NCBI GenBank assembly: GCA_964016885.1
Contig: OZ024742.1
Location: 165,230,001-165,294,000, forward strand
Reading direction: 5' to 3'
DNA from: Eledone cirrhosa
Lineage: Eukaryota
Length of the DNA stretch: 64,000 nucleotides
The position numbers and the translations under genes were made by a program. Within the stretch, counting starts at the first letter, position 1. The number at the start of each line of letters is the position of its first letter. The notes beneath the pieces were generated by a model, which was given only the letters and a program-made list of their open reading frames with translations, was not told the origin of the DNA and searched no databases. Of this stretch, positions 51,901 through 63,800 are shown piece after piece.

Positions 51901-54900
51901 CTCCGCCTGATTTTTTTAAATATTATCTTCCCTTGGCTGGCGGGAAATTATCTCCCCTTGGACGGCTGAAAATTATCTCCCCTTGGACGGCTGGAAATTA
52001 TCTCCCCTTGATTTTTTTTACAAATTATCTCCCCCTGATTTTTTTTTACAAATTATCTCCCCCTGATTTTTTTTTACAAATTATCTCCCCCTGATTTTTT
52101 TTTACAAATTATCTCACCCTGATTTTTTTTACAAATTATCTCCCTCTCATTTTTTTACAAATTATCTCCCCTTGGCTGGCTGGAAATTATCTCCCCTTGG
52201 AGGCTGGAATTTATCTCCCCTTGGACGGCTAGAAATTACCTCTCCTTGGACGGCTGGAAAATATGTCTCCTTGGACGGCTGGATATTATCTACCCTTGGA
52301 CGGCTGGAAATTATCTCCCCTTGGACGGCTGGAAATTATCTCCCCTTGGACGGCTAGATATTACCTCCCCTTGGACGGCTGGAAATTATCTCCCCTTGAT
52401 TTTTTTACAAATTATCTCCCCCTGATTTTTTTACAAATTATCTCCCCCTGATTTTTTTTACAAATTATCTCCGCCTAATTTTTTTAAATATTATCTTCCC
52501 TTGGCTGGCGGGAAATTATCTCCCCTTGGACGGCTGAAAATTATCTCCCCTTGGACGGCTGGAAATTATCTCCCCTTGATTTTTTTTACAAATTATCTCC
52601 CCCTGATTTTTTTTTACAAATTATCTCCCCCTGATTTTTTTTACAAATTATCTCCCCCTGATTTTTTTTTACAAATTATTTCCCCCTGATTTTTTTACAA
52701 ATTATCTCCCCCCTGATTTTTTTTACAATCTCCGCCTGATTTTTTTAAAAATTATCTTCCCTTGGCTGGCGGGAAATTATCTCCCCTTGGACGGCTGGAA
52801 ATTATATCCCCTTGGAAGGATGGAAATTATCTCCCCTTGGACGGCTGGAAATTATCTCCCCTTGGACGGCTGGAAATTATCTCCCCTTGGACAGCTGGAA
52901 ATTATCTGCCCTTGATTTTGTTTTTACAAATTATCTCCCCCTGATTTTTTTTACAAATTATCTCCACCTGATTTTAAAAAAAATTATCTCCCCTTGGACG
53001 GCTGGAAATTATCTCCCCTTGATTTTTTTACAAATTATCTCCCCTTGATTTTTTTTACAAATTATCTCCCCCTGATTTTTTTTTACAAATTATCTCCCCC
53101 TGATTTTTTTACAAATTATCTCCCCCTGATTTTTTTTACAAATTATCTCCGCCTGATTTTTTTAAATATTATCTTCCCTTGGCTGGCGGGAAATTATCTC
53201 CCCTTGGACGGCTGAAAATTATCTCCCCTTGGACGGCTGGAAATTATCTCCCCTTGATTTTTTTTACAAATTATCTCCCCCTGATTTTTTTTTACAAATT
53301 ATCTCCCCCTGATTTTTTTTTACAAATTATCTCCCCCTGATTTTTTTTTACAAATTATCTCACCCTGATTTTTTTTACAAATTATCTCCCTCTGATTTTT
53401 TTACAAATTATCTCCCCTTGGCTGGCTGGAAATTATCTCCCCTTGGAGGCTGGAATTTATCTCCCCTTGGACGGCTAGAAATTACCTCTCCTTGGACGGC
53501 TGGAAAATATGTCTCCTTGGACGGCTGGATATTATCTACCCTTGGACGGCTGGAAATTATCTCCCCTTGGACGGCTGGAAATTATCTCCCCTTGGACGGC
53601 TAGATATTACCTCCCCTTGGACGGCTGGAAATTATCTCCCCTTGATTTTTTTACAAATTATCTCCCCCTGATTTTTTTACAAATTATCTCCCCCTGATTT
53701 TTTTTACAAATTATCTCCGCCTAATTTTTTTAAATATTATCTTCCCTTGGCTGGCGGGAAATTATCTCCCCTTGGACGGCTGAAAATTATCTCCCCTTGG
53801 ACGGCTGGAAATTATCTCCCCTTGATTTTTTTACAAATTATCTCCCCCTGATTTTTTTTTACAAATTATCTCCCCCTGATTTTTTTTACAAATTATCTCC
53901 CCCTGATTTTTTTACAAATTATCTCCCCTTGGCTGGCTGGAAATTATCTCCCCTTGGAGGCTGGAATTTATCTCCCCTTGGACGGCTAGAAATTACCTCT
54001 CCTTGGACGGCTGGAAAATATGTCCTTGGACGGCTGGATATTATCTACCCTTGGACGGCTGGAAATTATCTCCCCTTGGACGGCTGGAAATTATCTCCCC
54101 TTGGACGGCTAGATATTACCTCCCCTTGGACGGCTGGAAATTATCTCCCCTTGAATTTTTTTACAAATTATCTCCCCCTGATTTTTTTTTACAAATTATC
54201 TCCCCCTGATTTTTTTTTACAAATTATCTACCCCTGATTTTTTTTTACAAATTATCTCCCCCTGATTTTTTTTACAAATTATCTCCCCCTGATTTTTTTT
54301 TACAAATTATCTCGCCCTGATTTTTTTTTACAAATTATCTACCCCTGATTTTTTTTACAAATTATCTCCCCCTGATTTTTTTTACAAATTATCTCCCCCT
54401 GATTTTTTTTACAAATTATCTCCCCCTGATTTTTTTTTACAAATTATCTCCCCCTGATTTTTTTTACAAATTATCTCCCCCTGATTTTTTTACAAATTAT
54501 CTCCCCTTGGCTGGCTGGAAATTATCTCCCCTTGGAGGCTGGAATTTATCTCCCCTTGGACGGTTAGAAATTACCTCTCCTTGGACGGCTGGAAAATATG
54601 TCTCCTTGGACGGCTGGAAATTATCGCCCCTTGGACGGCTGGAAATTATCTCCCCTTGGACGGCTGGAAATTATCTCTCCTCGGACGGCTAGAAATTACC
54701 TCTCTTTGGACAGCTGAAAATTATCTCCCCTTGGACGGCTGGAAATTATCTCCCCTTGATTTTTTTTACAAATTATCTCCCCCTGATTTTTTTTTACAAA
54801 TTATCTCCCCCTGATTTTTTTTTACAAATTATCTCCCCCTGATTTTTTTTTACAAATTATCTCCCCCTGATTTTTTTACAAATTATCTCCCCTTGGCTGG

Positions 54901-57900
54901 CTGGAAATTATCTCCCCTTGGAGGCTGGAATTTATCTCCCCTTGGACGGCTAGAAATTACCTCTCCTTGGACGGCTGGAAAATATGTCTCCTTGGACGGC
55001 TGGATATTATCTACCCTTGGACGGGTGGAAATTATCTCCCCTTGGACGGCTGGAAATTATCTCCCCTTGGACGGCTAGATATTACCTCCCCTTGGACGGC
55101 TGGAAATTATCTCCCCTTGATTTTTTTACAAATTATCTCCCCCTGATTTTTTTACAAATTATCTCCCCCTGATTTTTTTTACAAATTATCTCCGCCTAAT
55201 TTTTTTAAATATTATCTTCCCTTGGCTGGCGGGAAATTATCTCCCCTTGGACGGCTGAAAATTATCTCCCCTTGGACGGCTGGAAATTATCTCCCCTTGA
55301 TTTTTTTTACAAATTATCTCCCCCTGATTTTTTTTTACAAATTATCTCCCCCTGATTTTTTTTTACAAATTATCTCCCCCTGATTTTTTTACAAATTATC
55401 TCCCCTTGGCTGGCTGGAAATTATCTCCCCTTGGAGGCTGGAATTTATCTCCCCTTGGACGGCTAGAAATTACCTCTCCTTGGACGGCTGGAAAATATGT
55501 CCTTGGACGGCTGGATATTATCTACCCTTGGACGGCTGGAAATTATCTCCCCTTGGACGGCTGGAAATTATCTCCCCTTGGACGGCTAGATATTACCTCC
55601 CCTTGGACGGCTGGAAATTATCTCCCCTTGATTTTTTTTACAAATTATCTCCCCCTGATTTTTTTTTACAAATTATCTCCCCCTGATTTTTTTTTACAAA
55701 TTATCTACCCCTGATTTTTTTTTACAAATTATCTCCCCCTGATTTTTTTTACAAATTATCTCCCCCTGATTTTTTTTTACAAATTATCTCCCCCTGATTT
55801 TTTTTTACAAATTATCTACCCCTGATTTTTTTTACAAATTATCTCCCCCTGATTTTTTTTACAAATTATCTCCCCCTGATTTTGTTTACAAATTATCTCC
55901 CCCTGATTTTTTTACAAATTATCTCCCCCTGATTTTTTTTACAAATTATCTCCGCCTAATTTTTTTAAATATTATCTTCCCTTGGCTGGCGGGAAATTAT
56001 CTCCCCTTGGACGGCTGAAAATTATCTCTCCTTGGACGGCTGGAAATTATCTCCCCTTCATTTTTTTTACAAATTATCTCCCCCTGATTATTTTTTACAA
56101 ATTATCTCCCCCTGATTTTTTTTTACAAATTATCTCCCCCTGATTTTTTTTACAAATTATCTCCCCCTGATTTTTTTACAAATTATCTCCCCTTGGCTGG
56201 CTGGAAATTATCTCCCCTTGGAGGCTGGAATTTATCTCCCCTTGGACGGTTAGAAATTACCTCTCCTTGGACGGCTGGAAAATATGTCTCCTTGGACGGC
56301 TGGAAATTATCGCCCCTTGGACGGCTGGAAATTATCTCCCCTTGGACGGCTGGAAATTATCTCCCCTTGATTTTTTTTACAAATTATCTCCCCCTGATTT
56401 TTTTTTACAAATTATCTCCCCCTGATTTTTTTTTAGAAATTATCTCCCCCTGATTTTTTTTTACAAATTATCTCCCCCTGATATTTTTACAAATTATCTC
56501 CCCCTGATTTTTTTACAAATTATCTCCCCTTGGCTGGCTGGAAATTATCTCCCCTTGGAGGCTGGAATTTATCTCCCCTTAGACGGCTAGAAATTACCTC
56601 GCCTTGGACGGCTGGCAAATATGTCTCCTTGGACGGCTGGAAATTATCTCCCCTTGGACGGCTGGAAATTATCTCCCCTTGGACGGCTGGAAATTATCTC
56701 CCCTTGGACGGCTAGATATTACCTCCCCTTGGACGGCTGGAAATTATCTCCCCTTGGACGGCTAGATATTACCTCCCCTTGGACGGCTGGAAATTATCTC
56801 CCCTTGATTTTTTTTACAAATTATCTCCCCCTGATTTTTTTTTACAAATTATCTCCCCCTGATTTTTTTTTACGAATTATCTCCCCCCGATTTTTTTTTA
56901 CAAATTATCTCCGCCTGATTTTTTTAAAAAAATTATCTCGCCTTGAACGGCTGGAAATTATCTCCCCTTGGACGGCTGGAAATTATCTCCCCTTGGACGG
57001 CTAGAAATTACCTCTCCTTGGACGGCTGAAAATTATCTCCCCTTGGACGGCTGCAAATTATCTCCCCTTGATTTTTTAACAAATTATCTCCCCCTGATTT
57101 TTTTACAAATTATCTCCCCCTGATTTTTTTTACAATCTCCGCCTGATTTTTTTAAAAATTATCTTCCCTTGGCTGGCGGGAAATTATCTCCCCTTGGACG
57201 GCTGGAAATTATATCCCCTTGGAAGGATGGAAATTATCTCCCCTTGGACGGCTGGAAATTATCTCCCCTTGGACGGCTGGAAATTATCTCCCCTTGGACA
57301 GCTGGAAATTATCTGCCCTTGATTTTGTATTTACAAATTATCTCCCCCTGATTTTTTTTACAAATTATCTCCACCTGATTTTTTAAAAAATTATCTCCCC
57401 TTGGACGGCTGGAAATTATCTCCCCTTGATTTTTTTACAAATTATCTCCTCCTGATTTTTTTTACAAATTATCTCCCCCTGATTTTTTGTTACAAATTAT
57501 CTCCCCCTGATTTTTTTACAAATTATCTCCCCCTGATTTTTTTTACAAATTATCTCCGCCTGATTTTTTTAAATATTATCTTCCCTTGGCTGGCGGGAAA
57601 TTATCTCCCCTTGGACGGCTGAAAATTATCTCCCCTTGGACGGCTGGAAATTATCTCCCCTTGATTTTTTTACAAATTATCTCCCCCTGATTTTTTTTTA
57701 CAAATTATCTCCCCCTGATTTTTTTTACAAATTATCTCCCCCTGATTTTTTTTTACAAATTATCTCCCCCTGATTTTTTTTTACAAATTATCTCCCCCTG
57801 ATTTTTTTACAAATTATCTCCCCTTGGCTGGCTGGAAATTATCTCCCCTTGGAGGCTGGAATTTATCTCCCCTTGGACGGCTAGAAATTACCTCTCCTTG

Positions 57901-59130
57901 GACGGCTGGAAAATATGTCTCCTTGGACGGCTGGATATTATCTACCCTTGGACGGCTGGAAATTATCTCCCCTTGGACGGCTGGAAATTATCTCCCCTTG
58001 GACGGCTAGATATTACCTCCCCTTGGACGGCTGGAAATTATCTCCCCTTGATTTTTTTTACAAATTATCTCCCCCTGATTTTTTTTTACGAATTATCTCC
58101 CCCTGATTTTTTTTTAAAAATTATCTCCGCCTGATTTTTTTTTAAAATTATCTCCCCTTGAACGGCTGGAAATTATCTCCCCTTGGACGGCTGGAAATTA
58201 TCTCCCCTTGGACGGCTAGAAATTACCTCTCCTTGGACGGCTGAAAATTATCTCCCCTTGGACGGCTGCAAATTATCTCCCCTTGATTTTTTTAACAAAT
58301 TATCTCCCCCTGATTTTTTTTTACAAATTATCTCCCCCTGATTTTTTTTTACGAATTATCTACGCCTAATTTTTTTTACAAATTATCTCCCCCTGATTTT
58401 TTTTACAAATTATCTCCCCCTGATTTTTTTTACAAATTATCTCCCCCTGATTTTTTTTTACAAATTATCTCCCCCTGATTTTTTTACAAATTATCTCCCC
58501 CCTGATTTTTTTTACAATCTCCGCCTGATTTTTTTAAAAATTATCTTCCCTTGGCTGGCAGGAAATTATCTCCCCTTGGACGGCTGAAAATTATCTCCCC
58601 TTGGACGGCTGGAAATTATCTCCCCTTGATTTTTTTTACAAATTATCTCCCCCTGATTTTTTTTTACAAATTATCTCCCCCTGATTTTTTTTACAAATTA
58701 TCTCCCCCTGATTTTTTTTTACAAATTATCTGCCCCTGATTTTTTTTACAAATTATCTCCCCCTGATTTTTTTACAAATTATCTCCCCTTGGCTGGCTGG
58801 AAATTATCTCCCCTTGGAGGCTGGAATTTATCTCCCCTTGGAAGGCTAGAAATTACCTCTCCTTGGACGGCTGGAAAATATTTCTCCTTGGACGGCTGGA
58901 TATTATCTACCCTTGGACGGGTGGAAATTATCTCCCCTTGGACGGCTGGAAATTATCTCCCCTTGGACGGCTAGATATTACCTCCCCTTGGACGGCTGGA
59001 AATTATCTCCCCTTGATTTTTTTTACAAATTATCTCCCCCTGATTTTTTTTACAAATTATCTCCACCTGATTTTTTTACAAATTATCTCCCCCTGATTTT
59101 TTTTACAAATTATCTCCCCCTGATTTTTTT
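45600..59130 (+). repeat. ~13.5-kb copy colinear with ~18130-31830 (another copy of the ~14-kb higher-order unit)
   Basis: Offsets 18147->45623, 20181->47657 and 21644->49120 (27476), 23129->50634 (27505), 27159->54507 (27348) and 31496->58789 (27293). Confidence 0.88.
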
Positions 59131-59329
59131 TTTACAAATTATCTCCCCCTGATTTTTTTACAAATTATCTCCCCCTGATTTTTTTTACAAATTATCTCCG
59201 CCTGATTTTTTTAAATATTATCTTCCCTTGGCTGGCGGGAAATTATCTCCCCTTGGACGGCTGAAAATTATCTCCCCTTGGACGGCTGGAAATTATCTCC
59301 CCTTGATTTTTTTTACAAATTATCTCCCC

Positions 59330-60800
59330 CTGATTATTTTTTACAAATTATCTTTCCCTGATTTTTTTTTACAAATTATCTCCCCCTGATTTTTTATACA
59401 AATTATCTCCCCCTGATTTTTTTACAAATTATCTCCCCTTGGCTGGCTGGAAATTATCTCCCCTTGGAGGCTGGAATTTATCTCCCCTTGGACGGCTGGA
59501 AATTATCTCTCCTTGGACGGCTAGTAATTACCTCTCCTTGGACGGCTGGAAAATATGTCTCGTTGGAGGGCTGGAAATTATCTCCCCTTGGACGGCTGGA
59601 AATTATCTCCCCTTGGACGGCTGGAAATTATCTCTCCTTGGACGGCTAGAAATTACCTCTCCTTGGACGGCTGAAAATTATCTCCCCTTGGACGGCTAGA
59701 TATTACCTCCCCTTGGACGGCTGGAAATTATCTCCCCTTGATTTTTTTTACAAATTATCTCCCCCTGATTTTTTTTACAAATTATCTCCACCTGATTTTT
59801 TTACAAATTATCTCCCCCTGATTTTTTTTACAAATTATCTCCGCCTAATTTTTTTAAATATTATCTTCCCTTGGCTGGCGGGAAATTATCTCCCCTTGGA
59901 CGGCTGAAAATTATCTCCCCTTGGACGGCTAGAAATTATCTCCCCTTGATTTTTTTTACAAATTATCTCCCCCTGATTTTTTTTTACAAATTATCTCCCC
60001 CTGATTTTTTTTTTACAAATTATCTCCCCCTGATTTTTTTTTACAAATTATCTCCCCCTGATTTTTTTTACAAATTATCTCCCCTTGGCTGGCTGGAAAT
60101 TATCTCCCCTTGGAGGCTGGAATTTATCTCCCCTTGGACGGCTAGAAATTACCTCTCCTTGGACGGCTGGAAAATATGTCCTTGGACGGCTGGATATTAT
60201 CTACCCTTGGACGGCTGGAAATTATCTCCCCTTGGACGGCTGGAAATTATCTCCCCTTGGAGGCTGGAATTTATCTCCCCTTGGACGGCTAGAAATTACC
60301 TCTCCTTGGACGGCTGGAAAATATGTCCTTGGACGGCTGGATATTACCTCCCCTTGGACGGCTGGAAATTATCTCCCCTTGATTTTTTTTACAAATTATC
60401 TCCCCCTGATTTTTTTTACAAATCTAATGATTTTTTAAAAAAATTATCTCCCCTTCGCTGGCTGGAAATTATCTCCCCTTCGCTGGCTGGAAATTATCTC
60501 CCCTTGGACGCTGGAAATTATAGCCCCTTGGAGGGCTGGAAATTATCTTCCCTTGGACGGCTGGAAATTATCTCCCCTTGGCTCGAAATTATCTCCCCTT
60601 GGAAGGCTAGAAATTATCTCTCTTTGGACGGCTGGAAATTATCTCCCTTTGATTTTTTTTACAAATTATCTCCCCCTGATTTTTTTTACAAATCTCCCCC
60701 TGATTTTTTAAAAAAATTATCTCCCCTTCGCTGGCTGGAAATTATCTCCCCTTGGACACTGGAAATTATAGCCCCTTGGAGGGCTGGAAATTATCTTCCC
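59330..60800 (+). repeat. Locally divergent satellite segment with variants not seen elsewhere in the window
   Basis: Examples: CTAGTAATTA, GTCTCGTTGGAGGG, ACAAATCTAATGATTTTTTAAAAAAA, CCCTTCGCTGG (x3), GGACGCTGG and TTGGCTCGAAATT. Confidence 0.8.
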
Positions 60801-63800
60801 TTGGACGGCTGGAAATTATCTCTGCTTGATTTTTTTTACAAATTATCTCCCCCTGATTTTTTTTTACAAATTATCCCCCCCGATTTTTTTTACAAATTAT
60901 CTCCCCCTGATTTTTTTTACAAATTATCTCCCCTTGGACGGCTGGAAATTATCTCCCCTTGGACGGCTGGAAATTATCTCCCCTTGGACGGCTAGAAATT
61001 ACCTCTCCTTGGACGACTGAAAATTATCTCCCCTTGGACGGCTGCAAATTATCTCCCCTTGATTTTTTTTACAAATTATCTCCGCCTGATTTTTTTTTTA
61101 AAATTATCTCCCCTTGGACGGCTGGAAATTACCTCCCCTTGGACGGCTGGAAATTATCTCCCCTTGGACGGCTAGAAATTACCTCTCATTGGACGGCTGA
61201 AAATTATCTCCCCTTGGACGGCTGGAAATTATCTCCCCTTGATTTTTTTTTACAAATTATCTCCCCCTGATTTTTTTTTACAAATTATCTCCCCCTGATT
61301 TTTTTTTTACAAATTATCTCCGCCTGATTTTTTTTTAAAATTATCTCTCCTTGGACGGCTGGATATTATCTCCCCTTTCATTTTTTTTACAAATTATCTC
61401 CCCCTGATTTTTTTTTACAAATTATCTCCCCCTGATTTTTTTTTACAAATTATCTACCCCTAATTTTTTTTTACAAATTATCTCCCCCTGATTTTTTTAC
61501 AAATTATCTCCCCCTGATTTTTTTTACAAATTATCTCCGCCTGATTTTTTTAAATATTATCTTCTCTTGGCTGGCGGGAAATTATCTCCCCTTGGACGGC
61601 TGAAAATTATCTCCCCTTGGACGGCTGGAAATTATCTCCCCTTGGAGGCTGGAATTTATCTCCCCTTGGACGGCTAGAAATTACCTCTCCTTGGACGGCT
61701 GGAAAATATGTCCTTGGACGGCTGGATATTATCTACCCTTGGACGGCTGGAAATTATCTCCCCTTGGACGGCTGGAAATTATCTCCCCTTGGACGGCTAG
61801 ATATTACCTCCCCTTGGACGGCTGGAAATTATCTCCCCTTGATTTTTTTTACAAATTATCCCCCCCTGATTTTTTTTTACAAATTATCTCCCCCTGATTT
61901 TTTTTTACAAATTATCTACCCCTGATTTTTTTTTACAAATTATCTCCCCCTGATTTTTTTTACAAATTATCTCTCCCTGATTTTTTTTTACAAATTATCT
62001 CCCCCTGATTTTTTTTTACAAATTATCTACCCCTGATTTTTTTTTACAAATTATCTCCCCCTGATTTTTTTTACAAATTATCTCCCCCTGATTTTTTTTA
62101 CAAATTATCTCCCCCTGATTTTTTTACAAATTATCTCCCCCCGATTTTTTTTACAAATTATCTCCGCCTAATTTTTTTAAATATTATCTTCCCTTGGCTG
62201 GCGGGAAATTATCTCCCCTTGGACGGCTGAAAATTATCTCCCCTTGGACGGCTGGAAATTATCTCCCCTTGATTTTTTTACAAATTATCTCCCCCTGATT
62301 ATTTTTTACAAATTATCTCCCCCTGATTTTTTTTTACAAATTATCTCCCTCTGATTTTTTTTACAAATTATCTCCCCTTGGCTGGCTGGAAATTATCTCC
62401 CCTTGGAGGCTGGAATTTATCTCCACTTGGACAGTTAGAAATTACCTCTCCTTGGACTGCTGGAAAATATGTCTCCTTGGACGGCTGGAAATTATCTCCC
62501 CTTGGACGGCTGGAAATTATCTCCCCTTGGACGGCTGGAAATTATCTCTCCTCGGACGACTAGAAATTACCTCTCCTTGGACAGCTGAAAATTATCTCCC
62601 CTTGGACGGCTGGAAATTATCTCCCCTTGATTTTTTTTACAAATTATCTCCCCGATTTTTTTTTACAAATTATCTCCCCCTGATTTTTTTTTACAAATTA
62701 TCTCCCCCTGATTTTTTTTACAAATTATCTCCCCCTGATATTTTTTACAAATTATCTCCCCCTGATTTTTTAACAAATTATCTCCCCTTGGCTGGCTGGA
62801 AATTATCTCCCCTTGGAGGCTGGAATTTATCTCCCCTTGGACGGCTAGAAATTACCTCGCCTTGGACGGCTGGAAAATATGTCTCCTTGGACGGCTGGAA
62901 ATTATCTCCCCTTGGACGGCTGGAAATTATCTCCCCTTGGACGGCTGGAAATTATCTCCCTTTGGACGGCTAGATATTACCTCCCCTTGGACGGCTGGAA
63001 ATTATCTCCCCTTGATTTTTTTTACAAATTATCTCCCCCTGATTTTTTTTTACAAATTATCTCCCCCTGATTTTTTTTTACGAATTATCTCCCCCTGATT
63101 TTTTTTTACAAATTATCTCCGCCTGATTTTTTTTTTAAAATTATCTCCCCTTGAACGGCTGGAAATTATCTCCCCTTGGACGGCTGGAAATTATCTCCCC
63201 TTGGACGGCTAGAAATTACCTCTCCTTGGACGGCTGAAAATTATCTCCCCTTGGACGGCTGCAAATTATCTCCCCTTGATTTTTTAACAAATTATCTCCC
63301 CCTGATTTTTTTTTACAAATTATCTCCCCCTGATTTTTTTTTACAAATTATCTACGCCTAATTTTTTTTACAAATTATCTCCCCCTGATTTTTTTTTACA
63401 AATTATCTCCCCCTGATTTTTTTTACAAATTATCTCCCCCTGATTTTTTTTTACAAATTATTTCCCCCTGATTTTTTTACAAATTATCTCCCCCCTGATT
63501 TTTTTTACAATCTCCGCCTGATTTTTTTTAAAATTATCTTGCCTTGGCTGGCGGGAAATTATCTCCCCTTGGACGGCTGGAAATTATATCCCCTTGGACG
63601 GCTGGAAATTACCTCCCCTTGGACAGCTGGAAATTATCTGCCCTTGATTTTGTTTTTACAAATTATCTCCCCCTGATTTTTTTTACAAATTATCTCCACC
63701 TGATTTTTTAAAAAATTATCTCCCCTTGGACGGCTGGAAATTATCTCCCCTTGATTTTTTTTACAAATTATCTCCCCCTGATTTTTTTTTACAAATTATC

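Noticed and set aside
59871-60995. Longest ORF (374 aa)
   Set aside because: It is a chance in-frame run through satellite monomers, with the same peptide words as all the other ORFs, a TTG start, and no intact counterpart in related segments.
8-63361. Hundreds of + strand ORFs of 60-170 aa (GNYLPLDGWKLSPLGRLEIISPWTA-type and FFTNYLPLI/FFYKLSPPD repeats)
   Set aside because: The 25-bp A monomer has no + strand stop codon in any frame, so ORFs arise automatically. Most start at TTG within the repeat, overlap in several frames, and are frameshifted by variable T-tracts. No recognisable domain is present.
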